Below are positions 9,658 through 19,107 of a stretch of DNA of 64,000 nucleotides, one piece after another. The notes under the pieces were generated by a model, which saw only the letters and a list, made by a program, of their open reading frames with translations, made no database searches and was not told the DNA's origin. The DNA comes from an uncultured Acidimicrobiales bacterium. GTDB taxonomy: Bacteria; Actinomycetota; Acidimicrobiia; Acidimicrobiales; UBA10347. The translations under genes were made by a program, and so were the position numbers. The stretch spans positions 40,740 to 104,739 of the forward strand of contig CAWUSE010000022.1 in assembly GCA_963925805.1 (NCBI GenBank). The letters are read 5' to 3'. Each line of letters begins with the position of its first letter. Position 1 is the first letter of the stretch.

Positions 9658-11268
9658 GTGAGTACAGAACGACCTAAAGACTTCGACATTGTGATCGTCG
9701 GTGCTGGCTTCAATGGGCTCTACCAGCTCAAGCGTCTCCGCGACGCCGGTTGGTCGGTGCGCTTAGTAGAAGCAGGCAGTGGGCTCGGCGGCGTGTGGCA
9801 TCACAACAGGTATCCAGGCGCCCGGGTCGATTGCCATGTGCCTAACTATGAGTACTCGATGCCCGAGATCTGGCAGGACTGGAACTGGAGTGAACGTTTC
9901 CCTGGGCGCGATGAACTGGTGGCCTACTTCGATCATGTGGATTCGGTATGGGACCTCTCGCCGGATGTAGATCTCAACACACGCATCAGTTCGGCTCGTT
10001 TCGATGATGAGCAGAATCGGTGGAAGCTGAGCACTGACGATGCTCGTTCGTACTCTTGTCGATGGTTGATTATGTGCACGGGGTTTGGTTCGGCGCCGTA
10101 TGTGCCCGACCTTCCGGGCTTGGAGGACTATTCGGGCATAAGTCACCACACGGCTCGGTGGCCGCTCGACGGTTTGGACCTTGAGGGTAAAAGAGTTGGC
10201 ATCATTGGGACCGGGGCGAGCGGCGTCCAGGTCGCGCAAGAGGCTGCGCCGGTTGCAGCGGAGTTGACGATCTTTCAGCGGACGCCGGTGTATGCGTTGC
10301 CCATGAAGCAACGGCCGATGACCGCCGACGAGCAGGCGGTTGCGAAGCGCGACTATCCCGAGGTCTTCCGTCAGCGCAATGCTCCACCGGGGAGTTTCCA
10401 TGATCTGCACCGCGACAACCGGTCCGCTCTTGCGGTAACCGAGGAAGAACGGCTCGAGGTATTCGAAGATCGCTGGGCCAAGGGAGGTTTCCATTTCTGG
10501 GTTGGGTCATTTAAGGACACATTGTCCAACGCCGAATCGAATCGCCTTTCATACGACTTCTGGCGAGATAAGACCCGGGCCCGTATCGCTGATCAATCGC
10601 TGCACGAAGCCCTCGCCCCGACTGACCCTCCGTACCCGTTCGGTACCAAACGGCCATCGCTCGAGCAGGACTTCTACGACATCTTCGATCGCGACAATGT
10701 GGCCGTGGTCGACCTCAAACGTGATCCGTTAGTCAGGATTACAAAGACAGGCGTGCAGACCGAAACCGGTCATGTCGAGGTCGATGTCCTCGTGTTCGCC
10801 ACCGGTTTTGACGCGAACACCGGCGGTTTCATCCGCATGGACTTCCGTGGAGCAGGCGGGCTGCTAGTCGGTGACGCATGGGCCGAAGGTGTCGATACCC
10901 ATATCGGTATCGCAGCGCCCGGTTTTCCGAACATGCTGATGCTCTACGGTCCGCAGAGCGCCGCGTCTTTCTGCAACGGACCCGTGTGTGCCGAACTGCA
11001 GGGCGATTGGATCATCGATTTGCTCGGTCATTTGCGGGCTAAGGACCACACTCGGTTTGATACTGATCCGGAACACGCTGTTCGCTGGTCTGAGGTCATG
11101 GCGAATTGGGCAGAGATGACTCTGTTCGGTGAAGCCAACAGCTGGTATATGGGTGCCAACATTCCTGGTAAACGCCGCCAACTCCTCAATATGCCAAGTA
11201 GCGATGCTTACCTGCAGGCCTTACATGACTGCGCCGCGGCTGGTTACGATGGGTTTATGTTCGACTAG
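9658..11268 (+). CDS. Baeyer-Villiger monooxygenase (cyclohexanone/phenylacetone monooxygenase family)
   Basis: GAGFNG, GGVWHHNRYPGARVD, YSGISHHTARWP (FxGxxxHxxxW variant), GTGASG, ATGFDA. Confidence 0.93.
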   Translation: MSTERPKDFDIVIVGAGFNGLYQLKRLRDAGWSVRLVEAGSGLGGVWHHNRYPGARVDCHVPNYEYSMPEIWQDWNWSERFPGRDELVAYFDHVDSVWDLSPDVDLNTRISSARFDDEQNRWKLSTDDARSYSCRWLIMCTGFGSAPYVPDLPGLEDYSGISHHTARWPLDGLDLEGKRVGIIGTGASGVQVAQEAAPVAAELTIFQRTPVYALPMKQRPMTADEQAVAKRDYPEVFRQRNAPPGSFHDLHRDNRSALAVTEEERLEVFEDRWAKGGFHFWVGSFKDTLSNAESNRLSYDFWRDKTRARIADQSLHEALAPTDPPYPFGTKRPSLEQDFYDIFDRDNVAVVDLKRDPLVRITKTGVQTETGHVEVDVLVFATGFDANTGGFIRMDFRGAGGLLVGDAWAEGVDTHIGIAAPGFPNMLMLYGPQSAASFCNGPVCAELQGDWIIDLLGHLRAKDHTRFDTDPEHAVRWSEVMANWAEMTLFGEANSWYMGANIPGKRRQLLNMPSSDAYLQALHDCAAAGYDGFMFD

Positions 11269-11445
11269 CTCCGCATCGCTGCCAGCGACGCGGCTCGGCG
11301 CCTCTGGCGATCGGCCATCTCGCTTCTCGCATCCGCCGGGTCTTGTTCGAGGCTAGATGGCGGTACCGGGCCACATGTCTCGATCCGTCGGATTCTCGTC
11401 GATAGGTGACTGGGTGACCAGCCTCGCGACATGAGACCGACGGGA

Positions 11446-12258
11446 CTATCGGCCGGGTGCGTCGTCGAGGTCGATCCAACCGCTGAGCATGCCGGCCTCG
11501 AGACCGCGGTCGACCATCAGATCGGCGCCGTTGATCCAACTGCTTTCGCCGACCGCCAGCCAGACGATGGGTTCGGCGATCTCCTTGGGTTCGGCACTTC
11601 GGTCGATGATGGCCCGAAGCCAGTCGGAGTATTCCTCGCCCATTTGCTGGCGGAAGGAAGGGGTCAGCTTGGTTTCGATCCCGCCGGGACTCACCGCATT
11701 AACGCGAACTGCACCGGTAGCACCTCGCTGTGCCGCCTTGTGAGTCCACAACGTAAGGCACTGCTTGGAAAAAGTGTAAGGATCTCGGTTCCAGCGGCCC
11801 TCGTTCTCGAGAGCCCACGCCAATCCAGCTTCGAAGCCGACAGTATCGACCAGCGGCTCGACAACCGGCCGGCGCTTCTGCCACTGGCGCCCCGCACTGG
11901 ATGAGACGTTGACTACGCTGCCTCCGGGGGTGATCCGTTCGAACAGCGACTCGGTTAGATGTCGTAGCCCCAGGAAATTCACGCGAAGAACCCAGTCAGC
12001 TGGAGTCGGACCGGCGACACCCGCAACGTTGATGTGAGCGTCTATGTGGTCGGGGAGTTGGGCAACGGCCGCGTCGATCGAGGCAGGTTCGGCAAGGTCG
12101 CAATGAACAGCGTGTACTCCCTGGCGGGTAGCGACACTGGCCACGTCAAGCACATGTACGGTCGCTCCGCGATCGCGCAGCTGGTCGACGACAGCAGCAC
12201 CGACGCCTGTGGCGCCTCCAGTGACCGTTACCACCTTGTTGTTTCCCTTGTCACTCAT
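11446..12258 (-). CDS. short-chain dehydrogenase (coniferyl-alcohol/3-alpha-HSD-like)
   Basis: TGGATGVG, NVAGV, VNVSSSAG, YTFSK catalytic motif, VNAVSPGGIET. Confidence 0.88.
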   Translation of the reverse strand: MSDKGNNKVVTVTGGATGVGAAVVDQLRDRGATVHVLDVASVATRQGVHAVHCDLAEPASIDAAVAQLPDHIDAHINVAGVAGPTPADWVLRVNFLGLRHLTESLFERITPGGSVVNVSSSAGRQWQKRRPVVEPLVDTVGFEAGLAWALENEGRWNRDPYTFSKQCLTLWTHKAAQRGATGAVRVNAVSPGGIETKLTPSFRQQMGEEYSDWLRAIIDRSAEPKEIAEPIVWLAVGESSWINGADLMVDRGLEAGMLSGWIDLDDAPGR

Positions 12259-12496
12259 TGAACATGTCCGATCGTTGTCTTGGATGCCTCTTCGACATCG
12301 ACAATACATGGGTGCTTCCGCGAAGCGAGAACGAGGGCTTCAGTTCCCTTTGTTGGTGTTGAAGCCCAGCTCTGCGATCCTGACTCGAGGCTGGCGACGT
12401 GTGCTTCCTATTGAGTTCAGTGCAATGACCTCAGCCGATGAATACGAGCCACAAAAGGATCCTGGCCGGAGCAGTTGGTGCAGGTAGGCTTCGACG

Positions 12497-12778
12497 GTGC
12501 AAAACACTCTGGCAGAGCTCGAGGCCACCATCGTGGCCAGAAAGGGAGCGTCACCCGAAGACTCGTATTCGGCTCGGCTGCTTCATGACACCGAATTACT
12601 GCAACGCAAAATTGTTGAAGAGGCCCACGAGGTCACACTCGAGCTCGCTCGAACCGTTATTGCCAAGGACCATATGGCTGAAGAGTGCGCCGACTTGCTG
12701 TATCACGTGATGGTCGGCCTAGTAAGAGCTGACGTCGCATTCGCCGACGTGCTCGATGTCCTGGAGGCACGACGATGA
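12497..12778 (+). CDS. hisE: phosphoribosyl-ATP diphosphatase
   Basis: SYSARLL, KIVEEAHE, EECADLLYH motifs; overlaps the hisG start (ATGA). Confidence 0.93.
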   Translation: MQNTLAELEATIVARKGASPEDSYSARLLHDTELLQRKIVEEAHEVTLELARTVIAKDHMAEECADLLYHVMVGLVRADVAFADVLDVLEARR

Positions 12779-13620
12779 ACGATATTATTGTTGCTATCCC
12801 GTCAAAGGGCCGCCTGCGCGAAGGTGCTGTGGATCTCATGGCGCATGCGGGGATCAATGCCCGGACCGGTGGCGGTGCTTCCACTGTTGACCCAGACACC
12901 CATATCCGGTTTTTAGAAATGCGGCCACGCGATGCTGCTACCTGGCTGCAAGCTGGGCGCATCGCCGCGGCTTTCATCTCGACCGACACTGCCCTCGAAG
13001 CTGGCGTGGCGGACTACCCGTCGATCCCGCTCGGATTCTCGTCATCGGACCTAGTTATTGCCTGCCGCGACGACAGCGGGTTTGAGAGCTCTGCCGATCT
13101 TGCGGGTAAGACGATTGCAACCCATCTTCCAAAGACCACTCGACATTGGCTCGCTGAACGCTCTATCGACGCCAATGTGGTCTCGATGGGTGGCGCACTC
13201 GAAGGCGTTTGTGCCCTCGGTCTGGCTGACGCAATCGTCGACCTGCGTCAGACCGGTAACAGCCTGGCGCTGAACAATCTGCATACGCTCGAAGTCATGG
13301 CTCGTTGCCAGGCCATCTTGGCGTGGAACCCCGATGTCGCCCAAGAACTAGAGTGGGTTACCGCTCGTATCCAAGCTGCGGTCGAAGGCCGTAAAGCCCA
13401 GTACCTGATCTTCCACCTGCCGACTGATCAGGTGAGCAACCTCGGACAGGCATTCGAAGGCCTCGAGTCGCCAACGGTGCTTCCTCTCGACGGGCACGAC
13501 GATCTGGTCGCCGTGCATGTCGTAGTGAAGACGTCCGAGATGTGGTCACACCTGGCTGATCTGCGCACTCTTGGTGCCTCGGGCGTGGTGGCGTTGCCCG
13601 TACACGCTCTCATGCCCTAG
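12775..13620 (+). CDS. hisG: ATP phosphoribosyltransferase (long form)
   Basis: IAIPSKGRL-type start, GLADAIVDLRQTGNSL, C-terminal regulatory domain (ESPTVLPL). Confidence 0.93.
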   Translation: MNDIIVAIPSKGRLREGAVDLMAHAGINARTGGGASTVDPDTHIRFLEMRPRDAATWLQAGRIAAAFISTDTALEAGVADYPSIPLGFSSSDLVIACRDDSGFESSADLAGKTIATHLPKTTRHWLAERSIDANVVSMGGALEGVCALGLADAIVDLRQTGNSLALNNLHTLEVMARCQAILAWNPDVAQELEWVTARIQAAVEGRKAQYLIFHLPTDQVSNLGQAFEGLESPTVLPLDGHDDLVAVHVVVKTSEMWSHLADLRTLGASGVVALPVHALMP

Positions 13621-13644
13621 TCGACAGAACTCGCTGGGTAGCTC

Positions 13645-14817
13645 CTAGGGGCGCAGCCGAGCCAGATAGTCGGTGACGAAGAGCTCGTTTGGGTCGTACT
13701 CGTCGCGCACTCGCCACCAGTCTCGGTACTTGGGATACATCTGAGCGAGTTCCGCTCCGCTTTGGTAATGCTCTTTGCCCCAGTGAGGTCGACCCTCATA
13801 ACGGCGGAAGATGGCTTCACAGGCTTCGAATAGTGGACGGTCATCGAGCGAGATGTCTTGGTGGGCAGAGATAGTGACAGTGGGTCGGCCCGTCGCAGCG
13901 CTGATCCACAGGTCGTCGGCGGCAACAGTGCGGTATTCAAGTGGCCATTGCAGATCCGGGAAGTCCTGCAGGATCATCTCGCGGACCTCGTTGAAACAAG
14001 CTGGCCCAGATTCAGCCGGTACGGCATATTCCATTTCCGTGTGTAGATCGTTGCGAGCCGACGAGATGATGTCGTGGTTCCAGCCGACGCGTTCGAGTTT
14101 GACATCAGGCATGGCATTAACGGCATCCTGCGTTTCCGCCAATGACTTGCAGGCACACGTATCTGTCTGGGGCATCCAGAAGAATTCAAAGTGACGGGTG
14201 TCAGCGACCAGTTGGTCTATCCGCCCAAAGACCGATTCGGGGTTTTCTGCCCACAACGTCTCGTGGAGTCGATAGGCAGATCGCAAGGCAACCGTGATGG
14301 TGCTCAGCAATCCAACGGCGCCCAGGGAGTGTCGTACGATTTCAAACAGCTCCGGGGTTGTGCTGGCAGCGCAGTCGATGACGTCGCCCGACGCCAGCAC
14401 AACCCGAGCGTGGACCACAGAAGCAGACAGATTCTGCAGGCTAGGTCCTGCCCCATGGGTGCCGGTGCTGGTTGCTCCGGCGATGCTTTGCCGATCTATG
14501 TCGCCCTGATTGCGCAACGCCAGGCCGTGTTCACGCAGCGGTTCACCGACCTGATAAATACGCGATCCTGACCGGAATGTTGCCGTTTGGTTGTCGGTGT
14601 CGACCGACTCGATGCCCTGCCATCCGTCGAGTGTTAACAAAAGGCCGTTGGTTGCCGCAATGCGTGAATGTGAGTGCGATGCACCGACGGCACGGATCGC
14701 TAGGTTGCCTTCGGCCGCCATAGCGACGGCGTCGATGATCTCGGCCTCCGACGTTGGCGCCAGAATCGCCACAGGAGAATCTTTCTGGCGCCCCGACCAG
14801 TTGGCCCATTCAGCCAT
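13645..14817 (-). CDS. FAD-binding oxidoreductase, D-arabinono-1,4-lactone oxidase family
   Basis: WANWSG start, AVGASHSHS FAD His, NQGDIDRQSIAGATSTGTHG, GRPHWGK, YDPNELF. The ORF-track extension to 15051 overlaps ridA and was trimmed. Confidence 0.9.
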   Translation of the reverse strand: MAEWANWSGRQKDSPVAILAPTSEAEIIDAVAMAAEGNLAIRAVGASHSHSRIAATNGLLLTLDGWQGIESVDTDNQTATFRSGSRIYQVGEPLREHGLALRNQGDIDRQSIAGATSTGTHGAGPSLQNLSASVVHARVVLASGDVIDCAASTTPELFEIVRHSLGAVGLLSTITVALRSAYRLHETLWAENPESVFGRIDQLVADTRHFEFFWMPQTDTCACKSLAETQDAVNAMPDVKLERVGWNHDIISSARNDLHTEMEYAVPAESGPACFNEVREMILQDFPDLQWPLEYRTVAADDLWISAATGRPTVTISAHQDISLDDRPLFEACEAIFRRYEGRPHWGKEHYQSGAELAQMYPKYRDWWRVRDEYDPNELFVTDYLARLRP

Positions 14818-14991
14818 GGTTAGTCCATGGCGCTGTAGCTGTTGAGAAAATGGTGCCCATGCCATGAACCGTAGACTGTGGCAACGGGTTGGCCGCGACC
14901 AGGGCAACAGAGCAGATCCGAATGTCGATCGGTACACCACTCTTCGAGCCAGCATGCGCATCGGGAAGGCTGGGCCAACTAGGTTTCGGCC

Positions 14992-15369
14992 ATGACTGAA
15001 CGCGGCCCAGTAATACCTGCAGATTCCCAGGCGAGCTATGACCGGTTCCATTTTGCACCGGCATACCGCGTGGGAGACACGCTCTATGTATCGGGGGTTA
15101 TAGGCAGCGGCGAGTCACTCGCGGACGAATTTGCCGGCGCATTCGCCAATCTGGCGAACGTGTTGGACGCCGCTGGCTATTCACTGGCCGACGTGGTCGA
15201 GATGACATCGTTCCACGTTGACATGAGCGAGACGCTTGGATCGTTCATGAAGGCACGCGATGCAGCGATGACAGAACCCTGGCCAGCGTGGACAGCTATC
15301 GGCTGCACTGAGCTTGCGATTCCCACAGGCCGCGCAGAAGTTAAGGTAACCGCCGTCAAACAGAGCTAA
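14992..15369 (+). CDS. RidA/YjgF family protein (Arg-less, Rid7-like)
   Basis: LYVSGVIG, VVEMTSFHVD, PAWTAIG, AEVKVTA. Confidence 0.88.
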   Translation: MTERGPVIPADSQASYDRFHFAPAYRVGDTLYVSGVIGSGESLADEFAGAFANLANVLDAAGYSLADVVEMTSFHVDMSETLGSFMKARDAAMTEPWPAWTAIGCTELAIPTGRAEVKVTAVKQS

Positions 15370-15415
15370 GGCGCTGCTGGCTGTGGTCCGGTGACATTGC
15401 CAGACGCTGCACGAG

Positions 15416-16411
15416 TCAGATCGCCTGAATTGCGGTGATCGTCTCGGCGGGTAGGTTCGCGTCGACGGCGATGCTGTCGACCAGGCCCCCGAAGTGTTCG
15501 CTAATTGCAGGAGCGATCTCGTCATGTCGACCACGGGCGCAGAACATCTCGGCGACGTCATCGCTGACCGCTGCGGCCATCTCGTCCCACTGCCCTGCCT
15601 TCGACAGAGCGTTCAGCTTGTGCCCAAGTTCGAGTTGGTCATGTAGTTCGAGAACCGGCCAGTAGGACGGCGTTGATCCATAGAAACCGACCCGCTTGCG
15701 GACGAACTCGAACGCATGATCTACATCCTCGTTCGTCGCGCCGGTAGCGACGAAGCCGCCACCGGCGACCTCAAAGTCATCATCTGAACGATTGCTTGCC
15801 TCTAGTCCGCGGTCAAGTAGCGGCATGATCGTCTCGTCAAGGTACCGCCGAGTGCAGAACGGATGAAGCAGCACGCCGTCACACTCGCGGCTGGCCACAC
15901 CAAGCATGTTCGGTCCTACTGCCGCGATATGTATTGCTGGTGGTGGCCCAGAGAGCGGCGGTGGGGTGAAGTTGGGGGTCATTAAGGTGAATTGGTAATG
16001 GTCGCCTTCGTACGTCAACCGCTCGCCGGTTCGCCAGCAGTCGAAGATTGCGCGGATCGATTGCACATACTCACGCATCCGTGGAGCCGGAGCGCTCCAT
16101 GGCACGCTAAAACGTCGTTCGTTGTGTGGTTTTATCTGGCTGCCAATGCCAAGGGTGAATCGCCCGTTTGAGAGTGCTTGGAGATCCCAGGACACCGTCG
16201 CAGCAACCATGGGGCTTCGGGGAAACGCAATTGCCACATTTGTGCCGAGGCCGATACGCGTGGTGGCCACTGCCGCCAACGTAAGTGGGATGAAGGGATC
16301 GTGGCGGTTCTCTTGTGATGAGACGGCGTCGAAGCCAGCAGCTTCACAGCGAGCCGCTGTTGCACCAACAGCCGCTAGGTCATCGCTCGTTATCGAGGTC
16401 GTTACGCGCAT
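15416..16411 (-). CDS. F420-dependent LLM-class oxidoreductase (TIGR03617-like)
   Basis: ENRHDPF, IAFPRSPM, GRFTLGIGSQIKPHNERRF, TLMTPNF, FYGSTPSY. Confidence 0.9.
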   Translation of the reverse strand: MRVTTSITSDDLAAVGATAARCEAAGFDAVSSQENRHDPFIPLTLAAVATTRIGLGTNVAIAFPRSPMVAATVSWDLQALSNGRFTLGIGSQIKPHNERRFSVPWSAPAPRMREYVQSIRAIFDCWRTGERLTYEGDHYQFTLMTPNFTPPPLSGPPPAIHIAAVGPNMLGVASRECDGVLLHPFCTRRYLDETIMPLLDRGLEASNRSDDDFEVAGGGFVATGATNEDVDHAFEFVRKRVGFYGSTPSYWPVLELHDQLELGHKLNALSKAGQWDEMAAAVSDDVAEMFCARGRHDEIAPAISEHFGGLVDSIAVDANLPAETITAIQAI

Positions 16412-16742
16412 GTCTCGAACCTAGTGCCATGTCGCACACCCTTTGCGTCGTTTCGCCGGCACAGATCATCGGCACTCCGAACGAAGCGAAATACCGCACC
16501 CAGTTCGTTACTACGTGGGGCTCTGCGGAACGACCAGAATCTGTGATGCTAATAAGCAGTGTTGAGTAGCGATGCAGCCATCGCGAGCGAGAGCGGCTTC
16601 GGTGGATTCAACCCTGCATGATGCGGATGATCTGCCCAGTTTCGTGGTCTGACACGAGAACTCCGTCACCGTCGACGAGTAGAGGCTGAGGAAATTCGAT
16701 GCCATCGATAAACGCCAGCGGTGTATGCGGTTCGCGAACCGG

Positions 16743-16784
16743 CGACGACCGAGCAACGACGATCGAGCAACGACGACCGAACAA
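16743..16784. repeat. tandem repeat, 3 x 14 bp
   Basis: CGACGACCGAGCAA / CGACGATCGAGCAA / CGACGACCGAACAA. Confidence 0.85.
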
Positions 16785-16823
16785 CCGTGACGACCTGGCT
16801 GATGGTCGAGCTACACGAGGCCA

Positions 16824-16900
16824 TTAGGACGCTCGCGGCAAGAACACCTTTAGGACGCTCGCGGCAAGAACACCTTGAGGACGCCTGCGCCAAGAACAAC
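16824..16900. repeat. tandem repeat, ~3 x 26 bp
   Basis: TTAGGACGCTCGCGGCAAGAACACCT twice exactly, then degenerate TGAGGACGCCTGCGCCAAGAACAAC. Confidence 0.9.
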
Positions 16901-16938
16901 AGCCCAGACTCCAATCACGCCATCTCGGAAACGTTGAC

Positions 16939-18174
16939 TCAGCTCAAATTCCGGCGAGGTTGTTGCGGTTCTGGTTCGAGGCTGCCATCAGCGGCCACGG
17001 GCAGTGGTCGCAAGATCAGTAAGGCCAACAATGCTAGGCCGCAACAGATCACCAGAGTGGGTCGGTAGCTTCCCGTAGCGTCGATAAGCCACCCTGCCGC
17101 TGGTGGCCCGATCAGGCCCCCGAGTCCTTGGCTTGTGTAGAACAAACCCATGATCGACCCAAGCCCAACAACGCCTAGGCGCTCTGTTAACACGATGGTG
17201 CTCAGGGCAACGAATCCGCCGTAGCCGACCCCAAGTACGAGCGCGAACACAATGAGAAGGCCATAGGAAGCACCTGCCACGAACCAGACAACAAAGCTCG
17301 ACGCGATTAGCGCAAAGCTTGTCCGGTAGAGGCGTACGGACCCGAACCGGCGAACTGCAGACCCAAAGCCTATGCGCGCCAGCACGCTTGCTCCGCCCAA
17401 TACCCCGACGAGTACTGCTGAAGCTACAGACCCGATGCCACGTTCTTTTGCGTATTGGCCAACAAACACGAATGGCACGAACAACGCAAGTCCTGAGCAC
17501 AAGGCGGAGAGCTGCAGGCGACGAAAGACCTTTGATGCCCATGCCTCGGCGAATCGTGCAGGTTGGCCGGCACCGTTGGAACCTGGTGGGCGCTCAATGA
17601 GGAGTGTGCACAGCACCAGAATGACCGAGCCAACCACACCGAGCAGTCGATAAGTCTGGCGCCAACCGTACGCGTCAACTAATGCTGCTGAGAGAGGCGA
17701 CATGACGAGCGTGCCTGCGCCGATTCCCGCCACCGCCAACCCGACAGCTGTTGCTCGATGCTGATTGAACCAACCGCCGACTACCGCAACCATCGGGATG
17801 TAACCGGTGGCTGCAGCTATCCCGACGCCGACGCCATAGGTGACGTAACCGAGAGCCAGCGACTGTACATAGCTGGTAGCGAGTAGGCCGAGAAACAGTG
17901 AAGCAGCACCGACTAGCAGCACTCGTTTTGGGCCCCATCGGTCTGCCAAGCGCCCGGTGATCAGGCTGAGCCAAAAAAAGGCGAATGTCGTGATAGCGAA
18001 GATGGCCGATGTTGCGGCACTGTCGCTCTCAAACTCAGTAGCCATATCGGTGAAGAAGGCGCCAAAGCTATAGGTGATCCCGAGCGTGACAAATGACGAA
18101 AAAAACACGCCGACCACGACAAGCCAGGCGCGAGGCGAGTCGATCTCGGCCGGTCCTAGATTATCGGCGTCCAT
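16939..18174 (-). CDS. MFS transporter (monocarboxylate porter/OFA-like)
   Basis: GRLADRWGPK, YIPMVAVVGGWF, AVAGIGAG, 12 TM; start at 18174 supported by TACGGT-N6-ATG. Confidence 0.9.
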   Translation of the reverse strand: MDADNLGPAEIDSPRAWLVVVGVFFSSFVTLGITYSFGAFFTDMATEFESDSAATSAIFAITTFAFFWLSLITGRLADRWGPKRVLLVGAASLFLGLLATSYVQSLALGYVTYGVGVGIAAATGYIPMVAVVGGWFNQHRATAVGLAVAGIGAGTLVMSPLSAALVDAYGWRQTYRLLGVVGSVILVLCTLLIERPPGSNGAGQPARFAEAWASKVFRRLQLSALCSGLALFVPFVFVGQYAKERGIGSVASAVLVGVLGGASVLARIGFGSAVRRFGSVRLYRTSFALIASSFVVWFVAGASYGLLIVFALVLGVGYGGFVALSTIVLTERLGVVGLGSIMGLFYTSQGLGGLIGPPAAGWLIDATGSYRPTLVICCGLALLALLILRPLPVAADGSLEPEPQQPRRNLS

Positions 18175-18449
18175 CAGGCGACCGTAGCCCGGACGTATGC
18201 AAGAGACTGCTTCCTCTGGACCTAGGCATAATCCGAAGCGTCGCCGAGAGCAGCACAAAGCGGCGGTAATTGAGTTGTAGCGCTGCGGTGCAGCATCTCA
18301 GGCGCCCCAGCATAGGAATATTGACGGTGACGAGGCACGAGTTCCGGAAATATTGTTGTCGAGGCATTACCTTGATCAGGGTTAACCATGGCACGGACTA
18401 AACAGCACCCTTCCGGCGAATGCCGCGAATTGCGCAAGGCGGATTGCAA

Positions 18450-19010
18450 ATGAACAAGAATCTCATCTCACTGATCGGGCCGCTCTTTGCGCTGACACTG
18501 CTTGCGTCAGCGTGTGGCGACAGTGGCCAGGCAGGCTCCCAAGACCAAGAGGTGATCGATGCGGTCGCCGCTCAGATACGCAGTGACGACGATATGCCGG
18601 TCGAGGTCGACGCCAATTGCGTAGCATCGGCCATGGTCGCCGGCATGGGCGGCGCTCAGGCCATGGAGGAAAACTATGGCCTGACCGCAGAAACCATTGC
18701 CGATGGCCAAGATCCCGACGATGTAGAACTGTCGGTCGACGCTGCTCGGGGCATGGCCGATGAGGCATTGGAATGTGGCTTGAATTCCTTGATCGTTGGC
18801 GAGATGGCCGGCGACGGCATCTCCGAAGAGGATGCCTCATGTCTTATTGACAACCTGGACCAAGACGCACTCCGCGACCTTTTCGCCGCCGAGTTCGTGG
18901 GTGCCTCCGACGCAGATCGCATTGGGGAGGCTGCTGAAGAAGCGATGTTCGCCTCAGTCTTTAGTGCCATCACCGAATGCGCGATCGATCCAACCTCGTT
19001 CGACGGCTAG
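18450..19010 (+). CDS. hypothetical acidic lipoprotein
   Basis: MNKNLISLIGPLFALTLLASAC lipobox; Asp/Glu-rich mature part with four Cys. Confidence 0.85.
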   Translation: MNKNLISLIGPLFALTLLASACGDSGQAGSQDQEVIDAVAAQIRSDDDMPVEVDANCVASAMVAGMGGAQAMEENYGLTAETIADGQDPDDVELSVDAARGMADEALECGLNSLIVGEMAGDGISEEDASCLIDNLDQDALRDLFAAEFVGASDADRIGEAAEEAMFASVFSAITECAIDPTSFDG

Positions 19011-19033
19011 TTACCGAGTACCGGAATCCAACA

Positions 19034-19074
19034 ACACGCGCTGGCCAGATCCATCAGGGTTGGCTAGGGCGTGT
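19034..19074. terminator. hairpin between convergent genes (possible bidirectional terminator)
   Basis: ACACGC-g-CTGGCCA ... TGGCTAG-g-GCGTGT; no U-tract. Confidence 0.4.
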
Positions 19075-19107
19075 CTGGGGCTCCGCTCTGCCCTAGGGGC
19101 GAGCACG

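Noticed and set aside
12310-12496. His attenuator or leader peptide before hisE (GGGCTTCA...TGAAGCCC stem)
   Set aside because: No His-codon run, and hisE appears leaderless, so the stem lies outside its transcript.
16743-16900. Possible mini-CRISPR array
   Set aside because: Repeats abut with no unique spacers, and no cas genes are in the window.
18342-18416. TPP-riboswitch-like words on the minus strand upstream of the MFS gene (CCGGAA-GGGTGC...AACCCTGATCAAGGTAATGCC...TTCCGG)
   Set aside because: Lacks the invariant CUGAGA and the 3' CGNAGG P4 strand, and the MFS gene appears leaderless. An Infernal scan with the Rfam TPP model would settle it.
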